DNA of 36,755 bases from an uncultured Thermodesulfovibrio sp. (lineage in GTDB: Bacteria; Nitrospirota; Thermodesulfovibrionia; Thermodesulfovibrionales; JdFR-85). The stretch lies in contig CAYMML010000006.1 of the NCBI GenBank assembly GCA_964391515.1, positions 1 to 36,755 on the forward strand, given 5' to 3'. The notes under the pieces were generated by a model. That model saw nothing but the letters and a program-made list of their open reading frames with translations. It was not told where the DNA came from and made no database searches. The position numbers were made by a program, and so were the translations under genes. Every line of letters starts with the position of its first letter. Positions within the stretch are counted from its first letter, which is position 1. Shown piece after piece: positions 1 through 7,462 of this stretch.

Positions 1-735
1 GGTGAGGTTATGTGCGCAACCCTTCACAATAATACCGTTGTTAGAAAGGGGCAGTTGGTTGCAGGCACAAGGGCGATACCGCTTGTTGTAAAGAGGACTG
101 TGGTTGATGAGGCAGTAAGGGCAACCGCAAATAATGGAAGAAGTGGTGTTATCCAGGTAAAAGCCCTGAAGCGGCCACGGGCAGGCGTTGTGATTACCGG
201 AAACGAGGTCTATTACGGCCGTATCAAAGACGCCTTCAAGCCCATTATAGAGAACAAGATAAAGCAGTTTAATGGTGAGATTGTGGGTGTCTATTATGCC
301 CCGGATGATGCCGAATACATCGAGGCGAGGTTGAGGGAACTCGTTGAGGCAGGGGCAGATCTCCTCATAACCACCGGGGGCATGTCTGTTGACCCTGACG
401 ATGTAACCCGTTTTGCCATCCGTAACCTCGGGGTTAAGGAGATGCACTACGGCTCTGCAGTGCTCCCCGGGGCGATGTTTCTTGTGGCATACCTGGAGGA
501 GTCAGAAGTCAGAAGTCAGAAGTCAGAAGGGAATGATGGGAAAAACCCACTTATACCAATTCTTGGCATACCCGCTTGTGGGATGTACCACAGGACGACA
601 ATCTTTGATCTGGTGCTTCCAAGGGTGCTTGCAGGTGAACATATTGGAAGGGAGGAACTTGCAGAGATGGGACATGGCGGGTTATGTCTTAACTGTAAGG
701 AGTGCCGTTACCCTGTCTGCCCCTTCGGGAAGTGA
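1..735 (+). CDS. MoeA-like molybdopterin-binding protein, 5'-truncated by the window edge
   Basis: Frame is open from base 1 (GGT GAG GTT ATG). Motifs ITGNEV, TTGGMSVDPDD, LPGAM, GIPAC and C-terminal GHGGLCxxCxxCxYPxCPFGK are typical of the MoeA-like family. Confidence 0.85.
   Translation, partial: GEVMCATLHNNTVVRKGQLVAGTRAIPLVVKRTVVDEAVRATANNGRSGVIQVKALKRPRAGVVITGNEVYYGRIKDAFKPIIENKIKQFNGEIVGVYYAPDDAEYIEARLRELVEAGADLLITTGGMSVDPDDVTRFAIRNLGVKEMHYGSAVLPGAMFLVAYLEESEVRSQKSEGNDGKNPLIPILGIPACGMYHRTTIFDLVLPRVLAGEHIGREELAEMGHGGLCLNCKECRYPVCPFGK
501..528 (+). repeat. Tandem heptamer repeat (GTCAGAA)x4 inside the MoeA-like CDS
   Basis: Four exact copies at 501, 508, 515 and 522; encodes part of ESEVRSQKSE. 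Confidence 0.95.
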
Positions 736-974
736 TGTCCGGAAAGCATGATTTAACCGTAAAGTTTTATAAATGCTTACCTGGGAAGCCATAAAAACAT
801 TATACCGAATAAGGCTTTCCGACAAATTTTTATGGGTTATCAGCACTTCACCTGGAGTGATACCTTAAAGATGTGGAAGACGCTACTCTAAATTCTCCAT
901 ACTCTATGAGTTCTCTTTGGTGGTTTTTTAAAGCGTTTAAGTTTAAGTGGATTGGCAGCAATGTATAGAACAAT

Positions 975-1421
975 TCACAGGGAGTTATTGTATTTTTCTA
1001 AAAAGAGAGCAATCTCTTTTATAAACCTGTCAATATCTGTAAGGTTATTCTGCAGAATCTGATATAATTCAGCATCGGATATCTCCCTGTAGAGATGAAC
1101 CATTCTGTTTCTGTAACCGGCCATCTTCACAAGTATATTGGAGAAATCCTCTGATACAACTCCTTTTTCTCCAAGAGTTCTTGCAATACCCTTATACTCA
1201 AGTTCCTTGTATCCATAGGTCTTGGCCAGAATGTGCCTTGAAATATCAAAAACACATTCCAGCGTCCTCCTCAGGTAACTCTCGCAGGCGGCGGCATTCT
1301 TCTTTTCGGAAAGAAACTCGGATTCGGTCATCCCCTCAAACTCTCTCAACTCCGAAAGGTACCCCTGAATAAGGGAGATGTCTTTTTGTATCTTGTTAAG
1401 ATTTAATCTCGAAATAACCAT
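975..1421 (-). CDS. hepT: HepT-like HEPN ribonuclease toxin (DUF86), type VII TA
   Basis: 148 aa, RNRMVHLY matches the Rx4HxY HEPN motif; overlaps the upstream MNT gene. Confidence 0.88.
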   Translation of the reverse strand: MVISRLNLNKIQKDISLIQGYLSELREFEGMTESEFLSEKKNAAACESYLRRTLECVFDISRHILAKTYGYKELEYKGIARTLGEKGVVSEDFSNILVKMAGYRNRMVHLYREISDAELYQILQNNLTDIDRFIKEIALFLEKYNNSL

Positions 1422-1833
1422 CTCTTATTCCCTCAAGCAAATCCCTCTCAAACTCCTTCAACTTAAATGAGTAATCCTCAGCCCGTTTCATAACAGACTC
1501 CTCATAGGAATCCAGAAAGTCCATATCATCATAATAAACAACCTCTCCCTTTATTGCTTCATATTGAAAGAGGGAATCCGTCTCCTCCAGAAATACAAGA
1601 TCGATCTCGAAAGGTTCAAATATTTCCGAAAGTTCAATATACATCTGCCCATAAACCTCCGTTTTGTTTGGCGGAAGACCACCAAAGACCACCCCAATAT
1701 CAAGATCTGATTTTACTTTTGAACTGACAGGATGTCCCTTTAAATAACCCGTTCCTTCGTCTTTCCGGGATCCAAAAAGATAGATAATCCTCACGTTAAA
1801 CCTCTTTGCTAACTTTTCAATCGCATTAAACAT
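1396..1833 (-). CDS. mntA: MntA-like minimal nucleotidyltransferase antitoxin
   Basis: YLFGS...SDLDIGV and EIDLV motifs. Start placed at ATG 1833 because GAGGTG SD precedes it (ORF track starts at GTG 1845). Confidence 0.85.
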   Translation of the reverse strand: MFNAIEKLAKRFNVRIIYLFGSRKDEGTGYLKGHPVSSKVKSDLDIGVVFGGLPPNKTEVYGQMYIELSEIFEPFEIDLVFLEETDSLFQYEAIKGEVVYYDDMDFLDSYEESVMKRAEDYSFKLKEFERDLLEGIRDGYFEIKS

Positions 1834-1864
1834 ACTGAAGCCCACCTCTTTATTAAACTATTTA

Positions 1865-1893
1865 ATTATAGCACAGTCTAAAACGCCTTGCAG
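1865..1893 (-). promoter_or_regulatory. Sigma70-type promoter of mnt-hepT
   Basis: Minus strand CTGCAA-N17-TATAAT with extended -10 (TGcTATAAT). Confidence 0.6.
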
Positions 1894-1977
1894 AGCAGAT
1901 GTTTCCATTTCCGCAGCATAACAAGATTGCAAAACACGGCTTCAAGAGGGATGAATTTGGAAATAAACGTTTCCCAT

Positions 1978-2019
1978 TATGATATTTATCATAGAACCCC
2001 TTTTATGATTTTGTATAAC
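1978..2019 (+). promoter_or_regulatory. Crp/Fnr-type operator TATGAT-N4-ATCATA plus -10 (class II geometry)
   Basis: Perfect 6-bp arms at 1978-1993. TATAAC at 2014-2019 places the site centre at about -40.5. A Crp/Fnr gene is adjacent. Confidence 0.65.
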
Positions 2020-2062
2020 ATAAACGTATAAGGATAGATAAACACAGAAAAGGAGGAAGTTT

Positions 2063-2479
2063 ATGGACAGGTTTGTTAAGAACTTTATAATTGCAAGTAT
2101 CGTGTATCTGGCGGTGGCATCGGTTGTGGGAATACTTATGCTAATAAACACCAATATGCTCGTTTTAAGGTTCGTTCATTCACACTTTATGCTAATAGGG
2201 TGGGTCTCCATGATGATCTACGGTGTGGGATACCACATCCTGCCGAGGTTTTCAGGAAGACTCATTAAGAGCAAGGCGGTAGGCGAAATTCAGTTCTGGT
2301 TTGCAAATATCGGGCTTCTGGGTATGGTGATCTTTTATACACTCCTTCAGAGCAATCCTGAAAATGGCCTTTACAGGACTCTTACCGGGCTTAGTGGGGT
2401 TTTACAACTCCTTTCAAGCATACTGTTTTTCTATAACATGCTTGCCACCCTCCTTGCAAAAGATGAGGAGGAGGCTTAG
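2063..2479 (+). CDS. Small (138 aa, ~4 TM) heme-copper oxidase subunit I-like / NnrS-like membrane protein
   Basis: AAGGAGG SD; hydrophobic helices with HSHFMLIGWVSMMIYGVGYHILPRFSGR, resembling an oxidase subunit I helix repeat. Confidence 0.65.
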   Translation: MDRFVKNFIIASIVYLAVASVVGILMLINTNMLVLRFVHSHFMLIGWVSMMIYGVGYHILPRFSGRLIKSKAVGEIQFWFANIGLLGMVIFYTLLQSNPENGLYRTLTGLSGVLQLLSSILFFYNMLATLLAKDEEEA

Positions 2480-3171
2480 GCGGATAAATCTTCAAGGCCG
2501 GCAGGATCTGTGATAACGATCCTGCCCGATACTTCTTCTACAAGCCCCTTTTTCTTCAGTCTCGACATGGTTCTGATGGCGGTCTCCACGGTGGTGCCCA
2601 CCATCTCGGCAATGTCCTGTTTGGTGAGTTTCATCTCTATCCTTCTTCCCCTCTCTGAATCTGAACCAGTCTTTTCAGCGAGTTTGAGAAGAAGAGAGGC
2701 TATTCTTGACTCCACCTTTTCAAGGGCAATATTCTTCAGCATCTCGTGAGAGCCTTTAACCCTTTCACCAACCTCAAGGGCGAGGTTATACATCAGTTGC
2801 GGGTAACTATCTAAAAGGTGAAGGAGGTCTCGCCTCTTCAGCATGAAGACCTTCCCCTCTTCCATTGCCACCGCATTCGCCGGGTATGGAAACCCCCTGA
2901 TCACCGCAACACCCCCAAACATCTGAAACGGTGGAATTATCTCAATTATTAGTTCTCTTCCCTCCTGTGAGAGTTTCGTTATCTTAACCCTCCCCTCCCC
3001 TACTATGTAGAGATACTCAGACGAATCACCCTCAGAAAAGATGACCTCTTTCTTATTAACCACTTTCTCTTTTAGATACCTTGATATCTCATCAATCTCA
3101 TCAGGTGAAAGCCCACCAAACAGAGACATCTCGGAAAGTTTCCCGACCAGTTCTTTTCTGTTCAACTCCAT
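2476..3171 (-). CDS. Crp/Fnr family transcriptional regulator (Dnr/HcpR/NnrR-like, no Fe-S cysteines)
   Basis: cNMP-binding fold (IFSEGD, EGRVKI, YPANAVA) and HTH TKQDIAEMVGTTVETAIR. Start at ATG 3171 behind AGGAG SD; the Cys-rich extension in the ORF track is probably not translated. Confidence 0.9.
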   Translation of the reverse strand: MELNRKELVGKLSEMSLFGGLSPDEIDEISRYLKEKVVNKKEVIFSEGDSSEYLYIVGEGRVKITKLSQEGRELIIEIIPPFQMFGGVAVIRGFPYPANAVAMEEGKVFMLKRRDLLHLLDSYPQLMYNLALEVGERVKGSHEMLKNIALEKVESRIASLLLKLAEKTGSDSERGRRIEMKLTKQDIAEMVGTTVETAIRTMSRLKKKGLVEEVSGRIVITDPAGLEDLSA

Positions 3172-3451
3172 TTTTCTCCTCTCAGCCGCTTTATTTTTCC
3201 AAATAGTTACATAAATTATTGAACAAAAAGAGCACGAAACACAATGGCAACAAGACATTTAGGCAGTTTTTTTATGCCTTTTCTGTACCTCATCAATAGC
3301 AAGATATTACAAGAGACAATGAAGTTCCTCTAAACTCTTTGCCCTCTGAGTTTTCAGAGTGCTCTGTGGTTGGTAATTTGCAACATTTATTTTGGTCAAA
3401 TCCAGATAGTAGGTTTTGCTTTTCATGTCACCGATATGATTATATAAAAAA

Positions 3452-4573
3452 GTGTCTGCAGGTATCTATATACACATCCCATTTTGTGTGAAAAAGTGCT
3501 CATATTGCGACTTTTATTCCATACCCTACGATGATGACACCGTCAGGTCTTACCTTGAGGCACTAATAAAGGAGATCGCAAACAGTAAATACCATCCCTC
3601 TTCTGTGGATACCATATACATAGGCGGTGGAACCCCCTCACTCTTTAAACCCGGTGAGATATCCGCCATACTAAACGCCGTAAGCAAAAGTTACAGTATC
3701 GCATCCTCAGCAGAAATCTCTATGGAGATCAATCCCGGCACGGTGAAAAGAAAAATTCTGAAAGAATACAAAGATATCGGGATAAACCGCCTTAGTATAG
3801 GAGTTCAGAGCCTTAATGATGAGGCACTTAGGCTGCTTGGCAGGATTCATACTGCAGAAGAGGCAAGAACCACTATAAGGGATGCCGGTTTAGTCTTTCA
3901 GAACCTTTCTGTTGATCTTATTTACGGGATACCCGGACAGGGGAGAAATGTATTTGAAAATACCCTCAGGGAGGTTCTCAGTTACCAGCCAAAACACCTC
4001 TCATGCTACGAACTCACACTTGAAAGAGGCACACCGCTATACAACCTCGTTCAAAGAGGCTTTGTAAAACTCAAGGATGACCGGGAGGTGGAAGGAGAGT
4101 ATTTTTTTCTACTAAATGAAATTGAAAAGCATGGGTTCATCCATTATGAGATATCCAATTACGCCCTGCCGGGCTACCAGTGCAGGCACAACCTTAAATA
4201 CTGGCAGAGAGAGGAATACTTAGGGTTTGGAGCATCGGCACACTCCTTTTACTCCAATAGGAGAGAGGAAAACATATCTGATGTCCACTTATACATCAAA
4301 GGCATCCAGAGTAATAAGCCGGTCAGATTAAAGTCACAGGTCTTAACTTTAGAAGACTCCTTAAAAGAGCGTATATTTCTTGGACTCAGGATGAAAGAGG
4401 GGTTATCGTTAGAACATATCCCCTTAACTACAAAAAAAATACACCAGTTATTTGGCTCAGAATACATTAAGGTTGAAAACAACCGGATAAGCCTCACCCC
4501 ACGGGGGATGCTTCTTTCAAACAGCATCCTCAGTAAACTTTTTGCTATAATCGAAGGAGAGACAAAGGGATGA
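3452..4573 (+). CDS. hemW: Radical SAM heme chaperone HemW (HemN-like)
   Basis: YIHIPFC, CxxxCxxC (CVKKCSYC), GGGTPS, YEISNYA, and HNLKYW (HNxxYW, characteristic of HemW). Confidence 0.88.
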   Translation: MSAGIYIHIPFCVKKCSYCDFYSIPYDDDTVRSYLEALIKEIANSKYHPSSVDTIYIGGGTPSLFKPGEISAILNAVSKSYSIASSAEISMEINPGTVKRKILKEYKDIGINRLSIGVQSLNDEALRLLGRIHTAEEARTTIRDAGLVFQNLSVDLIYGIPGQGRNVFENTLREVLSYQPKHLSCYELTLERGTPLYNLVQRGFVKLKDDREVEGEYFFLLNEIEKHGFIHYEISNYALPGYQCRHNLKYWQREEYLGFGASAHSFYSNRREENISDVHLYIKGIQSNKPVRLKSQVLTLEDSLKERIFLGLRMKEGLSLEHIPLTTKKIHQLFGSEYIKVENNRISLTPRGMLLSNSILSKLFAIIEGETKG

Positions 4574-5673
4574 ATAAACTTAACATATACACCGAATTTC
4601 GTGACTCCCATAAGATTGAGGCACTTTCCAAGGAGATATCCCATCTACTGAAGAAACCCCTCAATGTGATGGAGGTCTGTGGCGGTCATACCCACGTGAT
4701 TATGCGGTACGGACTTAAACAGATCCTCCCCTCTGAACTTCAGTTCCTCCACGGCCCTGGTTGCCCTGTATGTGTGATGCCAAAAGAGAGGATCGATCAT
4801 GCAATTGCACTTTCAATGCAGGAAGACGTGATACTCACCACTCTTGGTGATATGATGCGTGTGCCAGGCTCAAAGACCTCGCTACTTGAAGAACGGGCTA
4901 AGGGTGCCGATGTAAGGATGGTTTACTCCCCGCTTGACTCTATCAGGATTGCAAGAGAAAATCCAGAAAAGAAGGTCATATATTTTGCCATAGGGTTTGA
5001 GACCACCACCCCCCTTACCGCTGCACTCTTAGAGATGTGCCTTAAAGAGAAGGTGGAAAACCTCTTTTTCCATGTAAACCACCTCCTCGTCCCGCCTGCA
5101 CTTCATGCCATCATGAACTCAGATGACGTGAGGATAGATGCCTTTATTGCACCCGGGCATGTGAGCACCATCACCGGCACATCAATATACAGCGACATCA
5201 CCACCCGTTATGGAGTGCCGATAGTTATATCAGGCTTTGAACCGGTTGATATACTCCAGTCTATACTCATGATAATCAACCAGATCAACAGTAAAAAGGC
5301 ATCTGTTGAGATACAGTATAGACGGGCAGTCAGACACGATGGGAACCCGCGGGCTCAGGAAATGGTGGAAAAATACTTTGAAGTGCGTGACACCTTCAGA
5401 TGGCGGGGGCTTGGGGATATACCAAAAAGCGGACTTAAGATCAGGGAGGAGTACTCCCATCTTGATGCAGAACTTATCTTCCGTGACCTGCTCCCCTGGG
5501 AGCCGATAGACGACCATACATCCTGCCTCTGCGGTGAGATACTAAGAGGCAAGGCAAAACCCCATGATTGTAAGGTCTTCGGTAAGGGTTGCACCCCAAA
5601 ACACCCCATAGGTGCCTGTATGGTGTCGTCTGAAGGGGCATGTCATGCATACTTTAAATACCAGAGCATCTGA
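4570..5673 (+). CDS. hypD: [NiFe]-hydrogenase maturation protein HypD
   Basis: MEVCGGHTH, GPGCPVC, GFETT, PGHVS and C-terminal Fe-S cysteines (GACMVSSEGAC); ATGA overlap with hemW. Confidence 0.96.
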   Translation: MNKLNIYTEFRDSHKIEALSKEISHLLKKPLNVMEVCGGHTHVIMRYGLKQILPSELQFLHGPGCPVCVMPKERIDHAIALSMQEDVILTTLGDMMRVPGSKTSLLEERAKGADVRMVYSPLDSIRIARENPEKKVIYFAIGFETTTPLTAALLEMCLKEKVENLFFHVNHLLVPPALHAIMNSDDVRIDAFIAPGHVSTITGTSIYSDITTRYGVPIVISGFEPVDILQSILMIINQINSKKASVEIQYRRAVRHDGNPRAQEMVEKYFEVRDTFRWRGLGDIPKSGLKIREEYSHLDAELIFRDLLPWEPIDDHTSCLCGEILRGKAKPHDCKVFGKGCTPKHPIGACMVSSEGACHAYFKYQSI

Positions 5674-5685
5674 TACTCAAGCCTC

Positions 5686-5701
5686 TGGCATGATATTTGC
5701 G
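5686..5701 (+). promoter_or_regulatory. Sigma54 (-24/-12) site upstream of lptC-lptA-lptB-rpoN
   Basis: TGGCATGATATTTGCG; GG at 5687-5688 and GC at 5699-5700 with exact N10 spacing. Confidence 0.75.
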
Positions 5702-5726
5702 TAAAACTATTAAGGCATGATAAAAT
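5697..5726 (+). promoter_or_regulatory. Sigma70-type promoter of the lptC operon, predicted TSS at the lptC ATG
   Basis: TTGCGT-N18-TAAAAT with TGn extension; -10 ends 7 nt before ATG 5733. Confidence 0.6.
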
Positions 5727-5732
5727 GGCAGT

Positions 5733-6239
5733 ATGAAAATCACCAGGGTCGTCCTTTTGGGATCGGTCATACTTGCTATTTTATTTTTCATCTTCCCATT
5801 TCACAGAGAAAGCGGTATCATCTCTCCCCAGGTAACAGGCTCATTTATGGAAGACCTGGTTATAAACCAGTTCTCTCAAAAGGGACTCAACTGGTATGCC
5901 CGGGTAAAACGGGCTTCACTGGATGAAAAGAAGGGGATGGTCTACCTTAAAAGTGTCACCTTCCGGTATCCAGACAGGGATTTCAAACTCTTTTCAGAAA
6001 AAGGCAGATATAGCATAAACAAGGGTGAACTTACCTTCACCGCCCCTGTAAGCGGCAGATCTGAAAAGATTCAATTTACCTCTGGTGAACTCTCCTACGA
6101 TACTGAAAAGGGCATCGTCCATGCCCTTAAGGGGGTTCACATAAGGGGAGACAGGTTTGAGGTAAAAGGTAGGAGTGCAAGAATAAATAAGGAAGACAGG
6201 ATCGAGATAGAAGGGGATATACATGCAAGGTTTTTTTAA
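5733..6239 (+). CDS. lptC: LPS export protein LptC
   Basis: Single N-terminal TM, beta-jellyroll-like sequence, position before lptA-lptB. Confidence 0.75.
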   Translation: MKITRVVLLGSVILAILFFIFPFHRESGIISPQVTGSFMEDLVINQFSQKGLNWYARVKRASLDEKKGMVYLKSVTFRYPDRDFKLFSEKGRYSINKGELTFTAPVSGRSEKIQFTSGELSYDTEKGIVHALKGVHIRGDRFEVKGRSARINKEDRIEIEGDIHARFF

Positions 6240-6744
6240 AAGAGAAAACTGTGTCTTCCTGATCCTGACCATTCTGCTCTGCACTGTAAAGTTTGTAACT
6301 GCAGGTGCCGAAGAGCCTCCTCAGGCGCCTGCTGAGGAGACATTCTTTTCATCAGATTCCCCTGTAGAGATAACCTCTGAAAGGATGACCGCACTTACCA
6401 AACAGAGGAAGGCGGTATTTGAGGGCAGCGTTAAGGTCGTCCAGGGCACGACCACCATGACAACAGACTGGATGGAGGTCACATACTCCGAAAAGGGGGA
6501 TATTGTCGAGATCAGGGCAAAGGGGCAGGTGGTAATAAGGCAGAATGATCGAGAAATCCAATCAGGGGAGTTGCATTACAGCAGATTGGAAGACATGATT
6601 ATATTTACAGGCAATCCCGTGGCAAGAGAAGGCGCAAACACGGTTCAGGGCACACGGATGGTTTACCATCTGAAGGATGGAAGATCAGAGGTGGAAAACT
6701 CCAGGGTGCTAATTAAAAAGGAAATCAGTAATGCAGGACAATAA
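6223..6744 (+). CDS. lptA: LPS transport periplasmic protein LptA (OstA-like)
   Basis: Signal peptide, PVEITSERM, AVFEGSVKVVQG, AKGQVVI, FTGNP; synteny. Confidence 0.88.
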   Translation: MQGFFKRENCVFLILTILLCTVKFVTAGAEEPPQAPAEETFFSSDSPVEITSERMTALTKQRKAVFEGSVKVVQGTTTMTTDWMEVTYSEKGDIVEIRAKGQVVIRQNDREIQSGELHYSRLEDMIIFTGNPVAREGANTVQGTRMVYHLKDGRSEVENSRVLIKKEISNAGQ

Positions 6745-7462
6745 TGCACTCATATCCAAAGACCTCCGCAAGTCTTATAAGAAAAAGGAGGCGGTAAAGG
6801 GGGTCAGTATCTCCCTCAAAAAGGGCGAAATCGTCGGGCTTTTGGGCCCTAACGGTGCCGGTAAGACCACCACCTTCTATATGATAGTGGGAATGACCCG
6901 GCCTGACGGCGGCAGTATCACCCTAAACGGTGAAGACATCACCCACCTACCCATGTATAAGAGGGCATCAATGGGAATCAGTTACCTCCCCCAGGAGCCT
7001 TCCATCTTCAGGAAACTAAGCGTAAGGGACAATATCCGTGCAGTCCTTGAGATACAGGGAAGGCCGGCTGACGAGATTGAAGATAAGACTGAGAAACTGC
7101 TTTCTGAGTTCAGGCTCACCGAGTTTGCCGACAGGATGGGGATGTATCTTTCAGGTGGTGAACGCAGGCGTGTTGAGATAGCCCGAACCATTGCACTTGA
7201 ACCTGAGTTTATCCTGTTTGATGAACCCTTTGCCGGGATTGACCCTATTGCTATCATAGAACTGAAAAATATGATAAAATATTTAAAGGATAGGGGCATG
7301 GGCATTCTGCTTACCGATCATAATGTAAGAGACACATTATCAATTACAGATCGAGCGTACATAATGTATAACGGTAGCATCCTTGATGAAGGGTCACCTG
7401 ATAAACTCATCGGGAATGAGACCGTAAAAAAGACTTATCTGGGAGAGGAGTTCAGGTTATAA
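6731..7462 (+). CDS. lptB: LPS export ABC ATPase LptB
   Basis: GPNGAGKTT, YLPQEPSIFRKL, LSGGERRRVEIAR, DEPFAGIDP, TDHNVR. Confidence 0.96.
   Translation: MQDNNALISKDLRKSYKKKEAVKGVSISLKKGEIVGLLGPNGAGKTTTFYMIVGMTRPDGGSITLNGEDITHLPMYKRASMGISYLPQEPSIFRKLSVRDNIRAVLEIQGRPADEIEDKTEKLLSEFRLTEFADRMGMYLSGGERRRVEIARTIALEPEFILFDEPFAGIDPIAIIELKNMIKYLKDRGMGILLTDHNVRDTLSITDRAYIMYNGSILDEGSPDKLIGNETVKKTYLGEEFRL

Noticed and set aside
737-824. Imperfect inverted repeat TGTC-CGGAAAGC / GCTTTCCG-ACA after the MoeA-like gene
   Set aside because: Arms only ~11 bp with a long loop, no target duplication or T tract; cannot be distinguished from chance.
3172-3258. Cys-rich N-terminal extension (MSCCHCVSCSFC) suggesting an FNR-type Fe-S sensor
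   Set aside because: No SD at 3258, whereas AGGAG precedes ATG 3171; the region is AT-rich intergenic-like sequence.
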